From Actinomycetales bacterium (lineage in GTDB: Bacteria; Actinomycetota; Actinomycetes; Actinomycetales; Micrococcaceae), in contig JBBPZC010000151.1 in assembly GCA_038199275.1 (NCBI GenBank), positions 5,749 through 69,748 of the forward strand: 64,000 bases of DNA, read 5' to 3'. The notes under the pieces were generated by a model. It had not been told where the DNA came from and did not search any database. It saw only the letters and a program-made list of their open reading frames with translations. Each line of letters begins with the position of its first letter. Position 1 is the stretch's first letter. Made by a program: the position numbers and the translations under genes. Positions 20,239-30,000 of the stretch are shown here, in pieces.

Positions 20239-21284
20239 GAAGCCAGCTCCGCTGTGTTGTGCAGGGGCGCCAGAAGCGAGGAGTTCCCCGCCTCCCACGC
20301 GGCCATCGTTCGGGTGGTGGAGCGCGCATCCAGAAACAACGCCGCAGCCGCACCAAAGTAAATGTCTTCCAACAATTCCGGCTCGGCTTCAAATAATCCG
20401 CCAGCAAGGTCGCGGCCGGCGATTTGCTCGTGGACGGCGTCAGCTTCCACATGTTCATCGAAATATTCCGTGACGTTCTCCGTATATCCGTTCCTGCGGA
20501 AACCGTTGCCATAGAACCGATTGGGCTGCGAGGACGTCATTTCGTACGCTGCCAAATGTCCCACGATGGCTCCGCGGAGGCGGCGGTTGAGGCCGAACAT
20601 GCTCATCATGTTCGTGTTCGCCAACGTAAGCGCCGGGACGGAGTCCACGTAGCTGCCGTACGCGTCCTCAAGGCCAAGGCCACGCATGGTGCGGGCAAAA
20701 AGCGCCGAGTGCATGCGCTCAACTCGGCCGCCGCCATATTCGTCAGCTTGAATCTCCACCATGGCAGCCTTGGATCGGCCCGTCAGACGCGGAATGGCCC
20801 ACGTGTGGGGGTCGGCTTCCTTGAGCTGGTAGATGGATTTGTGAATGAGGAATTCCCGCAACTGTTCCTCGCTGGCCTTCTTCGCTACAAACCTGGACAT
20901 GGAAGGGCCTGTGTCCGCGGCAGTCATGGTGAAAAGTGCCTCTGCCACGTCGTCACTCGTGGCTGCCGTCAGCTCGGGAAGTTCGACGGCGGCGCGTAGC
21001 TCACACTCAAAGGATGACTCGATGAGTCCCCGCGCTGCAAGGAGTGCGGGGCTCCATTCCCATCCCTCATCCATCCCGGATAATCCGCTGTAGTGCAGCT
21101 CATAGAGGCAAAACAAGGTGAGCTGGAGATCCTCGTCGGAACTGAGGTCTTGGGCTCCGGCAACCGCGGCGGATACTGCGTTGTGCCAGGCTGTCAGAGT
21201 GGTGTTGTCACTGCTGTCGGGCTCCGAACCAAGCAACTCCAAAAGTGTTGCACTGGCAACCCCGCGTGGGGTGGGAAACTTCAT
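20235..21284 (-). CDS. Heme-oxygenase-like diiron (iron-containing redox enzyme) family protein
   Basis: YQLKEADPH, EIQADEYG, RMHSALF, AYEMTS and FDEHVEADAVH metal-ligand pattern. AAGGAG RBS. Confidence 0.88.
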   Translation of the reverse strand: MKFPTPRGVASATLLELLGSEPDSSDNTTLTAWHNAVSAAVAGAQDLSSDEDLQLTLFCLYELHYSGLSGMDEGWEWSPALLAARGLIESSFECELRAAVELPELTAATSDDVAEALFTMTAADTGPSMSRFVAKKASEEQLREFLIHKSIYQLKEADPHTWAIPRLTGRSKAAMVEIQADEYGGGRVERMHSALFARTMRGLGLEDAYGSYVDSVPALTLANTNMMSMFGLNRRLRGAIVGHLAAYEMTSSQPNRFYGNGFRRNGYTENVTEYFDEHVEADAVHEQIAGRDLAGGLFEAEPELLEDIYFGAAAALFLDARSTTRTMAAWEAGNSSLLAPLHNTAELAS

Positions 21285-21473
21285 TGTCGCTCTCCTTGGG
21301 AATAGTGGTCGTCCGAACGGTAGCTTGAGCCTAGTGAAAAATGTGTCCTCAGAGTAGGGCGGGCTTTTCGTGTAAACACTCTATTTCAGTCACTGAGGCG
21401 TCCCTGTCTGTGGTTGGCACGGTGGCAGGTCACTGGCAGGGACGCCTCAGCAGGATGGCTTCTCAACCAACAA

Positions 21474-22373
21474 TTACGGGCTGGGATTTCCCCCGTTGAC
21501 GTTGAGCGTTTCACCAACAACGTAACTTGATTCCGAAGAGGCCAGAAAGACATAGGCGGGGGCAAGTTCCGTGGGCTGTCCTGCGCGGCCCAACGGTGTG
21601 TCCTTGCCGAACTCTGGCAGCTTCTCTTTGGGCTGACCGTCGCTGACTTGCAGGGGGGTCCAGATGGGGCCCGGGGCAACAGCATTGACCCGGATCCCCC
21701 GAGGCGCCAATTGCTGGGCCAATCCCTTGGTGAAGTTGTTGATGGCAGCCTTGGTGGAGGCATAATCAACCAGCGTGGGTGACGGGTTGTAGGCCTGAAT
21801 GGAGGTGGTGTTAATAATGGACGAACCAGGCGCCAGATGCGCAAGTGCGGCCTTGGTAATCCAAAACATGGCAAAAACGTTGGTCTTGAACGTTTCCTCA
21901 AATTGTTCATCACTAATATCTTCGAGCTTGTCGACGGCAAGTTGCCGCCCCGCATTATTGACCAGGATGTCCAATCCGTCCAGTTGGTCAACAGCGTCCG
22001 CCACCAGTTTGCGCGCTTGGGCCGCTTCAGAAATGTCTCCAGGCAACAGGACAGCCTTTTGTCCGCTGGCACGGATCACTTGGGCGACGTGTTCGGCGTC
22101 GGGTTCTTCGGCAGGCAGGTAGGACATGGCCACATCTGCGCCTTCGCGTGCAAAAGCTATGGCAACGGCCGCGCCGATGCCGGAATCAGCGCCTGTGATG
22201 AGCGCCTTGCGTCCCGCGAGTCGCCCGGTTCCGCGGTAGGAGTGCTCACCCCTGTCGGTTTGGGGCTCCAGATCGCGGTCCAAGCCTGGTTCCGGCTGGT
22301 CCTGAATGGGTGGGCTGATGCTTGGGTAGCGGGTCACCGGGTTCGTGAAGGTGTACTGGTCCTGCTGTGTCAT
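21474..22373 (-). CDS. SDR oxidoreductase (YghA/YhxC general-stress type)
   Basis: TGADSGIG, NNAG, YASTK and VAPGPIWTPL motifs. Confidence 0.93.
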   Translation of the reverse strand: MTQQDQYTFTNPVTRYPSISPPIQDQPEPGLDRDLEPQTDRGEHSYRGTGRLAGRKALITGADSGIGAAVAIAFAREGADVAMSYLPAEEPDAEHVAQVIRASGQKAVLLPGDISEAAQARKLVADAVDQLDGLDILVNNAGRQLAVDKLEDISDEQFEETFKTNVFAMFWITKAALAHLAPGSSIINTTSIQAYNPSPTLVDYASTKAAINNFTKGLAQQLAPRGIRVNAVAPGPIWTPLQVSDGQPKEKLPEFGKDTPLGRAGQPTELAPAYVFLASSESSYVVGETLNVNGGNPSP

Positions 22374-22420
22374 CAGTTATTCCTTTCAACATTTGTAACG
22401 TTTTACCATGTTCAGGATGT

Positions 22421-22837
22421 CTAGACGCCGGTTGCTGGACGTTCAGAGCCGGGATTGTTGTTGCTGGGCAGGCGTTCGCTGCGGGTCAGGCCAGCGTCCG
22501 GGAACTCGTCGGACACCCCGGAGACAATGTCCAGAGGGTTCCCACCTTCCCCATATAAACGCTTGTCAGCTTCTGGGACGTCCGGCTGAGCCGCTGTTGC
22601 TTGTTCTGAACCATCTGAATTGTCCGATGGATGGATCTGCTGCACCAGCTTGTGCGCCACTTCGCCAGCCTGGGCCTTGACGGTGTCTTGAACCGTGGAC
22701 ACCGTCTCCTGCACCGCGTCCTTGGACCAGGCCTGCTTGACGGCGGACTTGATTTTTTCATAGCTTTCCCGGCCGGCACGGGTGCCCAGGACGTATCCAA
22801 TAGTTGCTCCGGCGAGAAAAGACAGTTTGGCTTTCAT
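22421..22837 (-). CDS. YtxH-like small membrane-anchored stress protein
   Basis: GATIGYVLGTRAGRESYEKIK N-terminal motif common in actinobacterial stress proteins. Confidence 0.7.
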   Translation of the reverse strand: MKAKLSFLAGATIGYVLGTRAGRESYEKIKSAVKQAWSKDAVQETVSTVQDTVKAQAGEVAHKLVQQIHPSDNSDGSEQATAAQPDVPEADKRLYGEGGNPLDIVSGVSDEFPDAGLTRSERLPSNNNPGSERPATGV

Positions 22838-22890
22838 GGTGTTTTCCTAACTTGGAAGGACTGAAGCTGCGGGCCAGCGGGCTGGAAAGC

Positions 22891-23370
22891 CTATAGATCC
22901 ACTGTGTGACTTTCTCCGGCATCGATTTTTTCCCCGCTTAGCCGCGCTTTGGCCCAGCTCAGGGCTGTGGTGAGGACGCCGCCGGAAGTCTCCCAGTACT
23001 GCGCGCCGTCCGGGCGCACCCGAATGAGACGCAATTCCGTGGACCCGGGACCCTCCGGGTAAAAAGCGGCCGCTGCTGGATTCCACATCTCATGGGCCTT
23101 GGGTTCACTGGTGATGATGGCTGCTGAGCCTTGGATGGACAACCACTGATCCTTGCCGGCAAATGAGAGGTTCACTTCCGTATGGGCGCCAATGGTCTCC
23201 ACCGGCGTGGTGCCCGCCGAACTGAAGAACCAGATTTCTCCGTCGTCCTCGACCTTCATCACCGTCATCGGGTGGCTTAGCAAGCCTTGAGGGCCTTGGG
23301 TGGTCAACATGCCGATGCGATGGTCTTTGATGATGTCAATGATCTTTTGTAGCTCATGGTTTGCTGTCAT
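22891..23370 (-). CDS. Pyridoxamine 5'-phosphate oxidase-like / general stress protein 26 (split-barrel flavoprotein)
   Basis: IGMLTT...SHPMT...EIWFF...VNLSF...SIQG.A...MWNP...QYW pattern. Confidence 0.85.
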   Translation of the reverse strand: MTANHELQKIIDIIKDHRIGMLTTQGPQGLLSHPMTVMKVEDDGEIWFFSSAGTTPVETIGAHTEVNLSFAGKDQWLSIQGSAAIITSEPKAHEMWNPAAAAFYPEGPGSTELRLIRVRPDGAQYWETSGGVLTTALSWAKARLSGEKIDAGESHTVDL

Positions 23371-24031
23371 GGATCCAATGCTCCTATTCAACGAACTTTT
23401 CGACTGTCACTTCTACCTCGTTTGCCGTCACTATTAGTAATACCTATTTCACCGGTGGTGGGCAACCGATCAACATAACGGCTGGCTTTTACAGCCAACC
23501 ACATTTGAGGCTGTTGCGCTTCCCCTGTTGGAGCTGTGGGGGTGACGGATGAGTGTCCATACAGCACGGCTCCGGCGTGCAAGTGTGTCCATATTGCTTA
23601 TTTAGGCCGCGACAAAAGTTCGTCGCGCCTTGCGTGAGGCAAACGAATACCGGTGCGCCCCTGAAGCATCCACTCGTGCTGAAATTTGCTGCTCCAGGGG
23701 TGCCACAGCCAGCTCATGGGCTCTCTCGGGAGGCAGCGAATCGTTACCGGCATGGACCACGGGTGAAGTTTCCGAGAAAAAGACTCCAGAAGCCAGCAAA
23801 TAGTCCATAGCGGTCCAAGCCTGCTTCTGCCCCGTCAGTGCATTACGCGGACGAGGCAGGCGCATCCCTATCCAGCCGAAGTGGAGTGTCCGCCCGCTGA
23901 CGAACCTTACGCACAATGCCCCAACGCTGGTACGTTGAGGATATGGCCCGCACGGTCCAATGATCTTCCTGGACTCAGCCGTGAGGCTTGATTTAGTCAG
24001 GAACGGTAACAAACTAATTAGGAGGAACATT

Positions 24032-24244
24032 ATGGGAATCGCAGATAAGTTTGATGCAGCCAAGGACAAAGTCACTGGCAAGGTCAAGGAAGCAACGGGC
24101 AAGGCCACTGACGACCACTCGCAGGTTGCCGAGGGCAAGTTCGATCAGGCCAAGGGCACGGCAAAGGACAAGATTGCCGATGCCAAGGCGCACCTTTCCG
24201 AAGACGCCCACACCGATGACACCGAAGGTGGCGGCAAGATCTAG
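24032..24244 (+). CDS. csbD: CsbD family stress protein
   Basis: DKVTGKVKEATGKATDD...EGKFDQAKG and AGGAGG RBS. Confidence 0.9.
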   Translation: MGIADKFDAAKDKVTGKVKEATGKATDDHSQVAEGKFDQAKGTAKDKIADAKAHLSEDAHTDDTEGGGKI

Positions 24245-24263
24245 CTGAGGCCGTTGCAGTTCA

Positions 24264-24302
24264 AAAAGGGTGGTGATTCACAGGGTGGGTCACCACCCTT
24301 TT
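24264..24302 (+). terminator. Intrinsic terminator after csbD
   Basis: AAAAGGGTGGTGA...TCACCACCCTTTT stem. Confidence 0.8.
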
Positions 24303-24685
24303 CGCAGCCAAGCGTGATCGCATTATGCGCCGGGCACAGGCTCTTTGCATGGAACTTGCTCACTTACTGTTTCTGTCCGTCGGTGCCTCTGTGGAGGTAT
24401 CCCCGTGGTCCGCATGACCGCGGTTGGGTCTGCGTGCCGACAAGGGCGGCCCCAATAGCACAAAAGGCCGTGCGAATTGCAAACACGAATTGCTCATCAA
24501 GGAAGCGAACAAAATGGTCCCCGAGGCCCTGTGCCCCTTGGTTGTTCAAGCACTTGTGATGATTCCCGACGGGAACCCCCCTTGCGTTGTTTGTGATGTT
24601 CAGTTAGCTTGCAAGCAGAGAGGCGCACCCGGAAGGGATTGAACCATCCCCCGGTCCGCGCGAAGACAGCTTGGTGAGTGGGGCG

Positions 24686-26122
24686 ATGATGATGAGACAG
24701 TCCGGTCGATCAACGCATGTAAATGAACCACAGCCGAAAGCACTCCAGGGCATGGCCGGTGGTCGAAGATTTCCGAGCACGGTGGTGGCCATGGTCGTGG
24801 CAACGACGTTGTTGGCTGCGGCTGGTTGCAGTACTGGAGCTCAGACGGAAGACACCACTTTCACCAAGGACGCAGCAGGGGAATTAAATGCTTGGGCGTT
24901 CGATAATGCAGATGATGTAGGCAAGGCCCGTCTGGACTATGCTGCCGGTCAGCTTTCCGGGGTGAGCCTTAAGATGGACGCGACGCCCTTTGACGCACAG
25001 AAGTTCACGACCCGCGCCGCCAGCGGCAACGTCCCCGATGTTGTCCAAATGAGCAGGTCCCTGGTCGCCACTTACGCCGCCCAGGGCCTGATTCAACCCG
25101 TTGACAAATGCTTCAGCGTTCATGATATGGATCCTCAAAAGCAGTTCTATCCCGCGGTGACAGAGCAGGTGACTTACAAGGACCAGATCTGGGCAGTGCC
25201 ACAATTCTTCCAACCTCCGGCCATCATTCTCAATAAGAACGTGATGGACGCCGCGGGGGTGACAGCAGCGCAGCTGGATACATCCAACCAAGGCACCCTC
25301 CTGAAGGCCATTGCCAAAATGTACAAGTCCAACAATGAAAACCCGTCCGTGCTTGGATTTGATCCGGTATCCACCGGCCAGCCCGAGCTGTGGCTGCTGG
25401 GGAACGGTGGGCGCTTGGTTGACGACACCGGCAAACCGGCCCTGGACGACCCGAACAACGTCAAAGCCCTTGAGTATCTCAAAGCAATCAATGACGCCCA
25501 AGGCGGCTATGCCAAGGTCAAGAGCTTCAGCGATTCTTTTGACACCTTCGGTGCAGGCAACCAGTATGTGAAGAATCAGGTCGGCGCTCAGATCAATGCC
25601 CAGTGGTACGTCAACGTTTTGGCTCCTTTTGCTGATCAGATCGACATTTCTGCGGTGCCATTCAAGAATCAAGACGGTGAAGCATTCGCGGTCGCTGACG
25701 GAACTGCGTTTGTCATTCCGGTCGGGGCCAAGAACGCCAACGCCGCGTGCGCTTGGATGATCGCCCTGGTCACTGACGAGGCGTGGAAGGCGGCAGGGGC
25801 CGCCCGGGCGGAAACCATCGCAGCAAAGCCAGGTGGGATCAATACCGGGTTGTTTACAGGCTCCCCGTCAGCAGACAAACTAATCCGTGACTTGTACGTC
25901 AAACCTTCCGGCAATGCCGGATTCGACGAGACGATCGCCACGTTCTATGAAGCAGTGGAGGCGGGGAAATCCCCTGGTTCCTCCCCAGCGGGGCAGACCA
26001 TCAAGACTGAGGTACTCAACGCGATCACCTCAACACTTTTGGGACAGAAAACAGCGCAGAAGGCACTTGCGGATGCTCAGGCCGCATCCATGCGCGCCTT
26101 TGATCAGGTTGTCACCGAATAG
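24686..26122 (+). CDS. Carbohydrate ABC transporter substrate-binding lipoprotein (start codon uncertain)
   Basis: LLAAAGC lipobox, PDVVQ, IWAVPQ and AACAWM features of family-1 SBPs. Precedes two permeases. Confidence 0.88.
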   Translation: MMMRQSGRSTHVNEPQPKALQGMAGGRRFPSTVVAMVVATTLLAAAGCSTGAQTEDTTFTKDAAGELNAWAFDNADDVGKARLDYAAGQLSGVSLKMDATPFDAQKFTTRAASGNVPDVVQMSRSLVATYAAQGLIQPVDKCFSVHDMDPQKQFYPAVTEQVTYKDQIWAVPQFFQPPAIILNKNVMDAAGVTAAQLDTSNQGTLLKAIAKMYKSNNENPSVLGFDPVSTGQPELWLLGNGGRLVDDTGKPALDDPNNVKALEYLKAINDAQGGYAKVKSFSDSFDTFGAGNQYVKNQVGAQINAQWYVNVLAPFADQIDISAVPFKNQDGEAFAVADGTAFVIPVGAKNANAACAWMIALVTDEAWKAAGAARAETIAAKPGGINTGLFTGSPSADKLIRDLYVKPSGNAGFDETIATFYEAVEAGKSPGSSPAGQTIKTEVLNAITSTLLGQKTAQKALADAQAASMRAFDQVVTE

Positions 26123-26131
26123 GGCCTGACC

Positions 26132-27088
26132 ATGGCCAGGGCAATGAAAACGGCGGAGGCAAAGCGCAATCGGCGCACTGCCAGTGTGAAGGTCAGATAC
26201 AACCGGAGGGAAGCACTGGCGGGCTACCTGTTCATCTCACCTTGGATTATCGGCTTCTTGTTGTTCATGGCCGGTGCCATGGTCTACAGTCTCGTGATCT
26301 CCTTCAGCCATTACAGCTTGGCAACCAATGTCGCCAGACCGGCAGGTTTCTCCAACTATGAGGGACTGTTCGAGGATCCCAAAGTGGCTTTATCGTTGGC
26401 GAACACGCTGTTCTATGCTGTTATGGCCGTTCCGTTGGAAGTCCTCGTCGCATTGTCGTTGGCGTTGTTGCTCAATAGCGTCACGCGCGGGGCCGGAGTA
26501 TTCCGGACCATCTATTATCTGCCGAAGATGACACCGTCGGTGGCGACGGCCTCCGTATTTTTATTGCTGCTCAATGGTAATACAGGTGCCATCAACGAAG
26601 CGCTCGGATTCTTCGGTATCCGCGGACCACAGTGGTTGATCGACCCGGCGTGGGTCAAGCCCTCCATTGTCCTGATGACTTTGTGGGGCGTTAGTGGAAC
26701 GATGGTCATCTTTCTAGCCGCCTTGAAAAATGTGCCCAAGGATCTGTACGAGGTTGCCTCAATTGATGGGGCCGGACCTGTGCGTCGTTTCTTCGCGATT
26801 ACTGTCCCGATGATTTCCGGGGCGATCTTCTTCAACGTCATTGTGCTCACAATCGCGGCACTGCAGGTCTTTGATCAGGCTTATCTATTGTTCTGGCGTG
26901 ACCAGACCAATGCCTCTCCGGAGTCATCCCTGTTTTACGGGGTCTATCTTTTTCAGCAGGCTTTTCAGCAGTTCAACTTTGGATTCGCCTCAGCGATGGC
27001 GTGGTTGTTGTTTGTGATCATCATGGTCATCAGCGTCATTCAGGTTCGGGTTGGGAACCGGTTTGTCTACTACGAGGGAGAGCGATGA
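26132..27088 (+). CDS. Carbohydrate ABC transporter permease (MalF-like)
   Basis: GYLFISPWIIG and EAA loop LYEVASIDGA. Confidence 0.93.
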   Translation: MARAMKTAEAKRNRRTASVKVRYNRREALAGYLFISPWIIGFLLFMAGAMVYSLVISFSHYSLATNVARPAGFSNYEGLFEDPKVALSLANTLFYAVMAVPLEVLVALSLALLLNSVTRGAGVFRTIYYLPKMTPSVATASVFLLLLNGNTGAINEALGFFGIRGPQWLIDPAWVKPSIVLMTLWGVSGTMVIFLAALKNVPKDLYEVASIDGAGPVRRFFAITVPMISGAIFFNVIVLTIAALQVFDQAYLLFWRDQTNASPESSLFYGVYLFQQAFQQFNFGFASAMAWLLFVIIMVISVIQVRVGNRFVYYEGER

Positions 27089-28032
27089 GGGCCTCTACCG
27101 CATCTACCAAGATCCCAGATAAGGATTCTGGAGCGTCCGGGAAGAACAAGCGTAAAACGCTCGCCTCGGACCGGCGCCATCGTCGCGGGGCGCGCTGGAC
27201 TGCGGGCAAGATCCTCTTGCTGGCGGTCACCATTGGCGTTGCGGTTATTTTCCTCTACCCGCTGGTGTGGTTGCTGGCCGCAAGTCTGAAACCTCGTGAA
27301 GAGGTCTTCGATAACCGGCTGATTCCCAACACCTGGTCGTGGCACAACTATGTTGAAGTGTGGAATCAGCTGCCGTTGCTGCATTGGGTGAGCAACTCAC
27401 TCATCATCGCCCTGCTCGCGGCCGCACTCGTGACATTCTCCAGTGCCATGGTCGCGTTTGGATTCGCCTATTTTCGTTTTCCCGGTCGCAGCTTCCTCTT
27501 TGGGATAGTACTTGCCACGATGATGCTCCCTGGAGCTGTCACCATGGTCCCGCAATACCTGATCTGGAAGAACTTGGGCGTGTTGGGCACGTGGATCCCA
27601 CTTTTCGGCATGAACCTCTTCGGCTCGGCTTTCTATATTTTCCTGCAACGCCAGTTCTTTCTCGGTCTGCCGAGGGAGTTGTTCGAGGCCGCACGAATAG
27701 ACGGTGCCAGTTATTTTGGGTTATTTCGCCTCATTGCACTCCCGCTGTCCATCCCGTCACTGATTGTCATTTTCATCTTTGAGTTTCAAGCCAGCTGGAA
27801 CAACTTTCAAGGCGCCCTGATCTACCTCAACTCCGGGACCCCCGAACAGTTCACCGCTCCACTGGGTATTGCCTATGCGATGACCAAGTACAGTCCTACA
27901 AATGGCGGACAGGGTGATTATCAGTTCGTCATGGTTGCGGCCCTGCTCGTGACTTTTCCCATGCTCATCCTCTTTGCCTTTGGACAGCGTTACTTCATCC
28001 AAGGCGTCGCCACGGAGGGACGCAAAGGCTAA
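27085..28032 (+). CDS. Carbohydrate ABC transporter permease (MalG-like)
   Basis: LFEAARIDGA, SWNNF and QRYFIQG motifs. ATGA overlap with the upstream permease. Confidence 0.93.
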   Translation: MRASTASTKIPDKDSGASGKNKRKTLASDRRHRRGARWTAGKILLLAVTIGVAVIFLYPLVWLLAASLKPREEVFDNRLIPNTWSWHNYVEVWNQLPLLHWVSNSLIIALLAAALVTFSSAMVAFGFAYFRFPGRSFLFGIVLATMMLPGAVTMVPQYLIWKNLGVLGTWIPLFGMNLFGSAFYIFLQRQFFLGLPRELFEAARIDGASYFGLFRLIALPLSIPSLIVIFIFEFQASWNNFQGALIYLNSGTPEQFTAPLGIAYAMTKYSPTNGGQGDYQFVMVAALLVTFPMLILFAFGQRYFIQGVATEGRKG

Positions 28033-28116
28033 GCATGCCGACGCCGTTTGCTGTGACGGCGGGTCTGGTGGCGCGTGGTGCATTGGCAGCACAGGGCCCT
28101 GGAAAAGTGGATCGAC

Positions 28117-29946
28117 CTAAATCCAGCTGGGTAGCCACATGTGTTGGCGCCAGTAGTCCTGGCTGATGACCTCGGCCGACCAGATGGGGTAGAAGAACGC
28201 GCTCAATGCCACGGCCGCCACGAGGAACAGGCCCACCACGACCGCGCCCTGCTGACGACGCCACGGCGGGTTGCCCGTCTTCCCCAAAATCATGCCCAGC
28301 ACCATGACCAGGGCAAGGATCATGAAGGGTTCGTAGGCGATGGCGTAGAAGAAGAAAATGGTCCGCTCGGGGTAGAACAGCCACGGCACGAAGCCGGCGG
28401 CGAAGCCCGCCAGGATGGCGCCGGCCCGCCAATCGCGCTTTGCGATCCAGACACCAAGCAGGAACAGGAGGGCCAGGGAGCCGGCCCACCAAATCAGGGG
28501 GTTGCCAAGACTGGTGACGGCGGCGGTGCACTTCTCGGCGAGACAACCGCCGTCGCCCTTGTCATAGTTCTGGACGTAGAAGGACGTGGGCCGGCCCATG
28601 ACAAACCAAGACCACGCGTTGGCCTTGTAGGGATGATCGGAACCAAGACCGGTGTGGAAGGCGTAGGCGGTTGAGTGGTAATGCCACAGGGACCGCAGCG
28701 AATCGGGGATCCAGCCCCACGCACCTGACGGATTCGCCTCGGCCCAGTGGCGGTCGTAGGCGTCCTTGGACATGAACCAGCCGGTCCACGAGGCGAGGTA
28801 GGTGGCAGCGGCGACGGGCACCATGCTGATGAAGGCGAGGATGCCGTCCTTTAATGCAGCGCCGAGGATCCAATACCTGATGCCGGCGATGCGCCGTGCG
28901 TTCATGTCCCAGATGACACTGAGCAGGCCAAAGACTGCCAGGAAAAACAGTCCGGACCACTTTGTGCCAATGCACAGGCCCAGGCTCACGCCCGCGGCCA
29001 CGCGCCACCAGCGGATGCCGAGCCACGGCCCATACAACATGGCCTTGGCCGGAACCCGACCATCTGCCCCGGTGAGGGAGGACAACTTGGCTGCCAGCCG
29101 CCGTCGTCCATCATCACGGTCCAGAATCAGCGCACCAAAGCTGAGCAGGGCAAAAAACATGACAAAAATGTCCAGCAGCGAGGTGCGCGACTGGACAATG
29201 GCGTGCCCGTCCACGGCGAACAGCAGTCCGGCGATGGCGCCGAGGATGGTGGAGCGGAACATTTTCTGGGCGATCAGTGCCAGCACAAAGATGGACAGGG
29301 TGCCCACGAGTGCGGCGCTGAACCGCCAGCCGAACGTATTTTCCGGACCGAAGAGCCAGATGCCGAAGGCGATCATCCATTTGCCCACGGGCGGGTGGAC
29401 CACGTATTCGGGGGTGCTTTCCAGGCTGGTGAAGATGCCCTGGTTAAAGAGGTCGTTGGCTTTGTCGGCCCAATTGCGTTCGTAGCCGCCCTGCAGATAG
29501 CTGTAGGCGTCCTTGACGTAGTAGGTTTCATCGAACACCAGCGACGGCGGCTGGCCGAGGCGGATGAAGCGCAGCACCCCGCCAATGAGCGCGGTCAGTG
29601 CCGGGGCCAACCAAAACCACAGGCGCAGGCTGATCGGGGCGGTGCCAAAGGAAAAACGGGTACCCAAAAGTCTTGTGGCCAACGCCGCCTTGGTGAATGC
29701 CTGGGCGGGGTCGATGAGCCAGCGGGGGGTGGATTCTTTGGCGGCGAGCGAGGCGGGGGAGGCGGGGGAGGCCGGTGGGGAGGTCGGGGCCGGGCCGGTG
29801 GAAGTCATGCCGGGGGAGGGGCCGTCGCCTTCTTTTGCGGAGGCCAAGGTGCCGGTGGCGCCCAAGGCTGCTCGGCCGTCGTCCGCGGCCGAAGGAGGCG
29901 GTTCGGGTGAGTCCTCATTTGCCGGGGCGCTGTTGATCGCTTGCAC
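28117..29946 (-). CDS. pmt: Polyprenol-phosphate-mannose protein O-mannosyltransferase (GT39)
   Basis: VFDETYY, VVHPPVGKW, SRTSLLD, GTKWSG and FFYPIW motifs. GTG at 29946 lies 7 nt after a TAGCAT -10 box. Divergent from rsmI. Confidence 0.92.
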   Translation of the reverse strand: MQAINSAPANEDSPEPPPSAADDGRAALGATGTLASAKEGDGPSPGMTSTGPAPTSPPASPASPASLAAKESTPRWLIDPAQAFTKAALATRLLGTRFSFGTAPISLRLWFWLAPALTALIGGVLRFIRLGQPPSLVFDETYYVKDAYSYLQGGYERNWADKANDLFNQGIFTSLESTPEYVVHPPVGKWMIAFGIWLFGPENTFGWRFSAALVGTLSIFVLALIAQKMFRSTILGAIAGLLFAVDGHAIVQSRTSLLDIFVMFFALLSFGALILDRDDGRRRLAAKLSSLTGADGRVPAKAMLYGPWLGIRWWRVAAGVSLGLCIGTKWSGLFFLAVFGLLSVIWDMNARRIAGIRYWILGAALKDGILAFISMVPVAAATYLASWTGWFMSKDAYDRHWAEANPSGAWGWIPDSLRSLWHYHSTAYAFHTGLGSDHPYKANAWSWFVMGRPTSFYVQNYDKGDGGCLAEKCTAAVTSLGNPLIWWAGSLALLFLLGVWIAKRDWRAGAILAGFAAGFVPWLFYPERTIFFFYAIAYEPFMILALVMVLGMILGKTGNPPWRRQQGAVVVGLFLVAAVALSAFFYPIWSAEVISQDYWRQHMWLPSWI

Positions 29947-30000
29947 GGAGTCAATGCTACCCAAATGGGCGCCCGGAGCTGCGGCCACTACGCTTGAGAC

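Noticed and set aside
11171-28116. att sites or SigB/SigF-type promoters for the stress island
   Set aside because: No convincing direct repeat at the borders and no correctly spaced GTTT-N-GGGTAT pairs found by eye.
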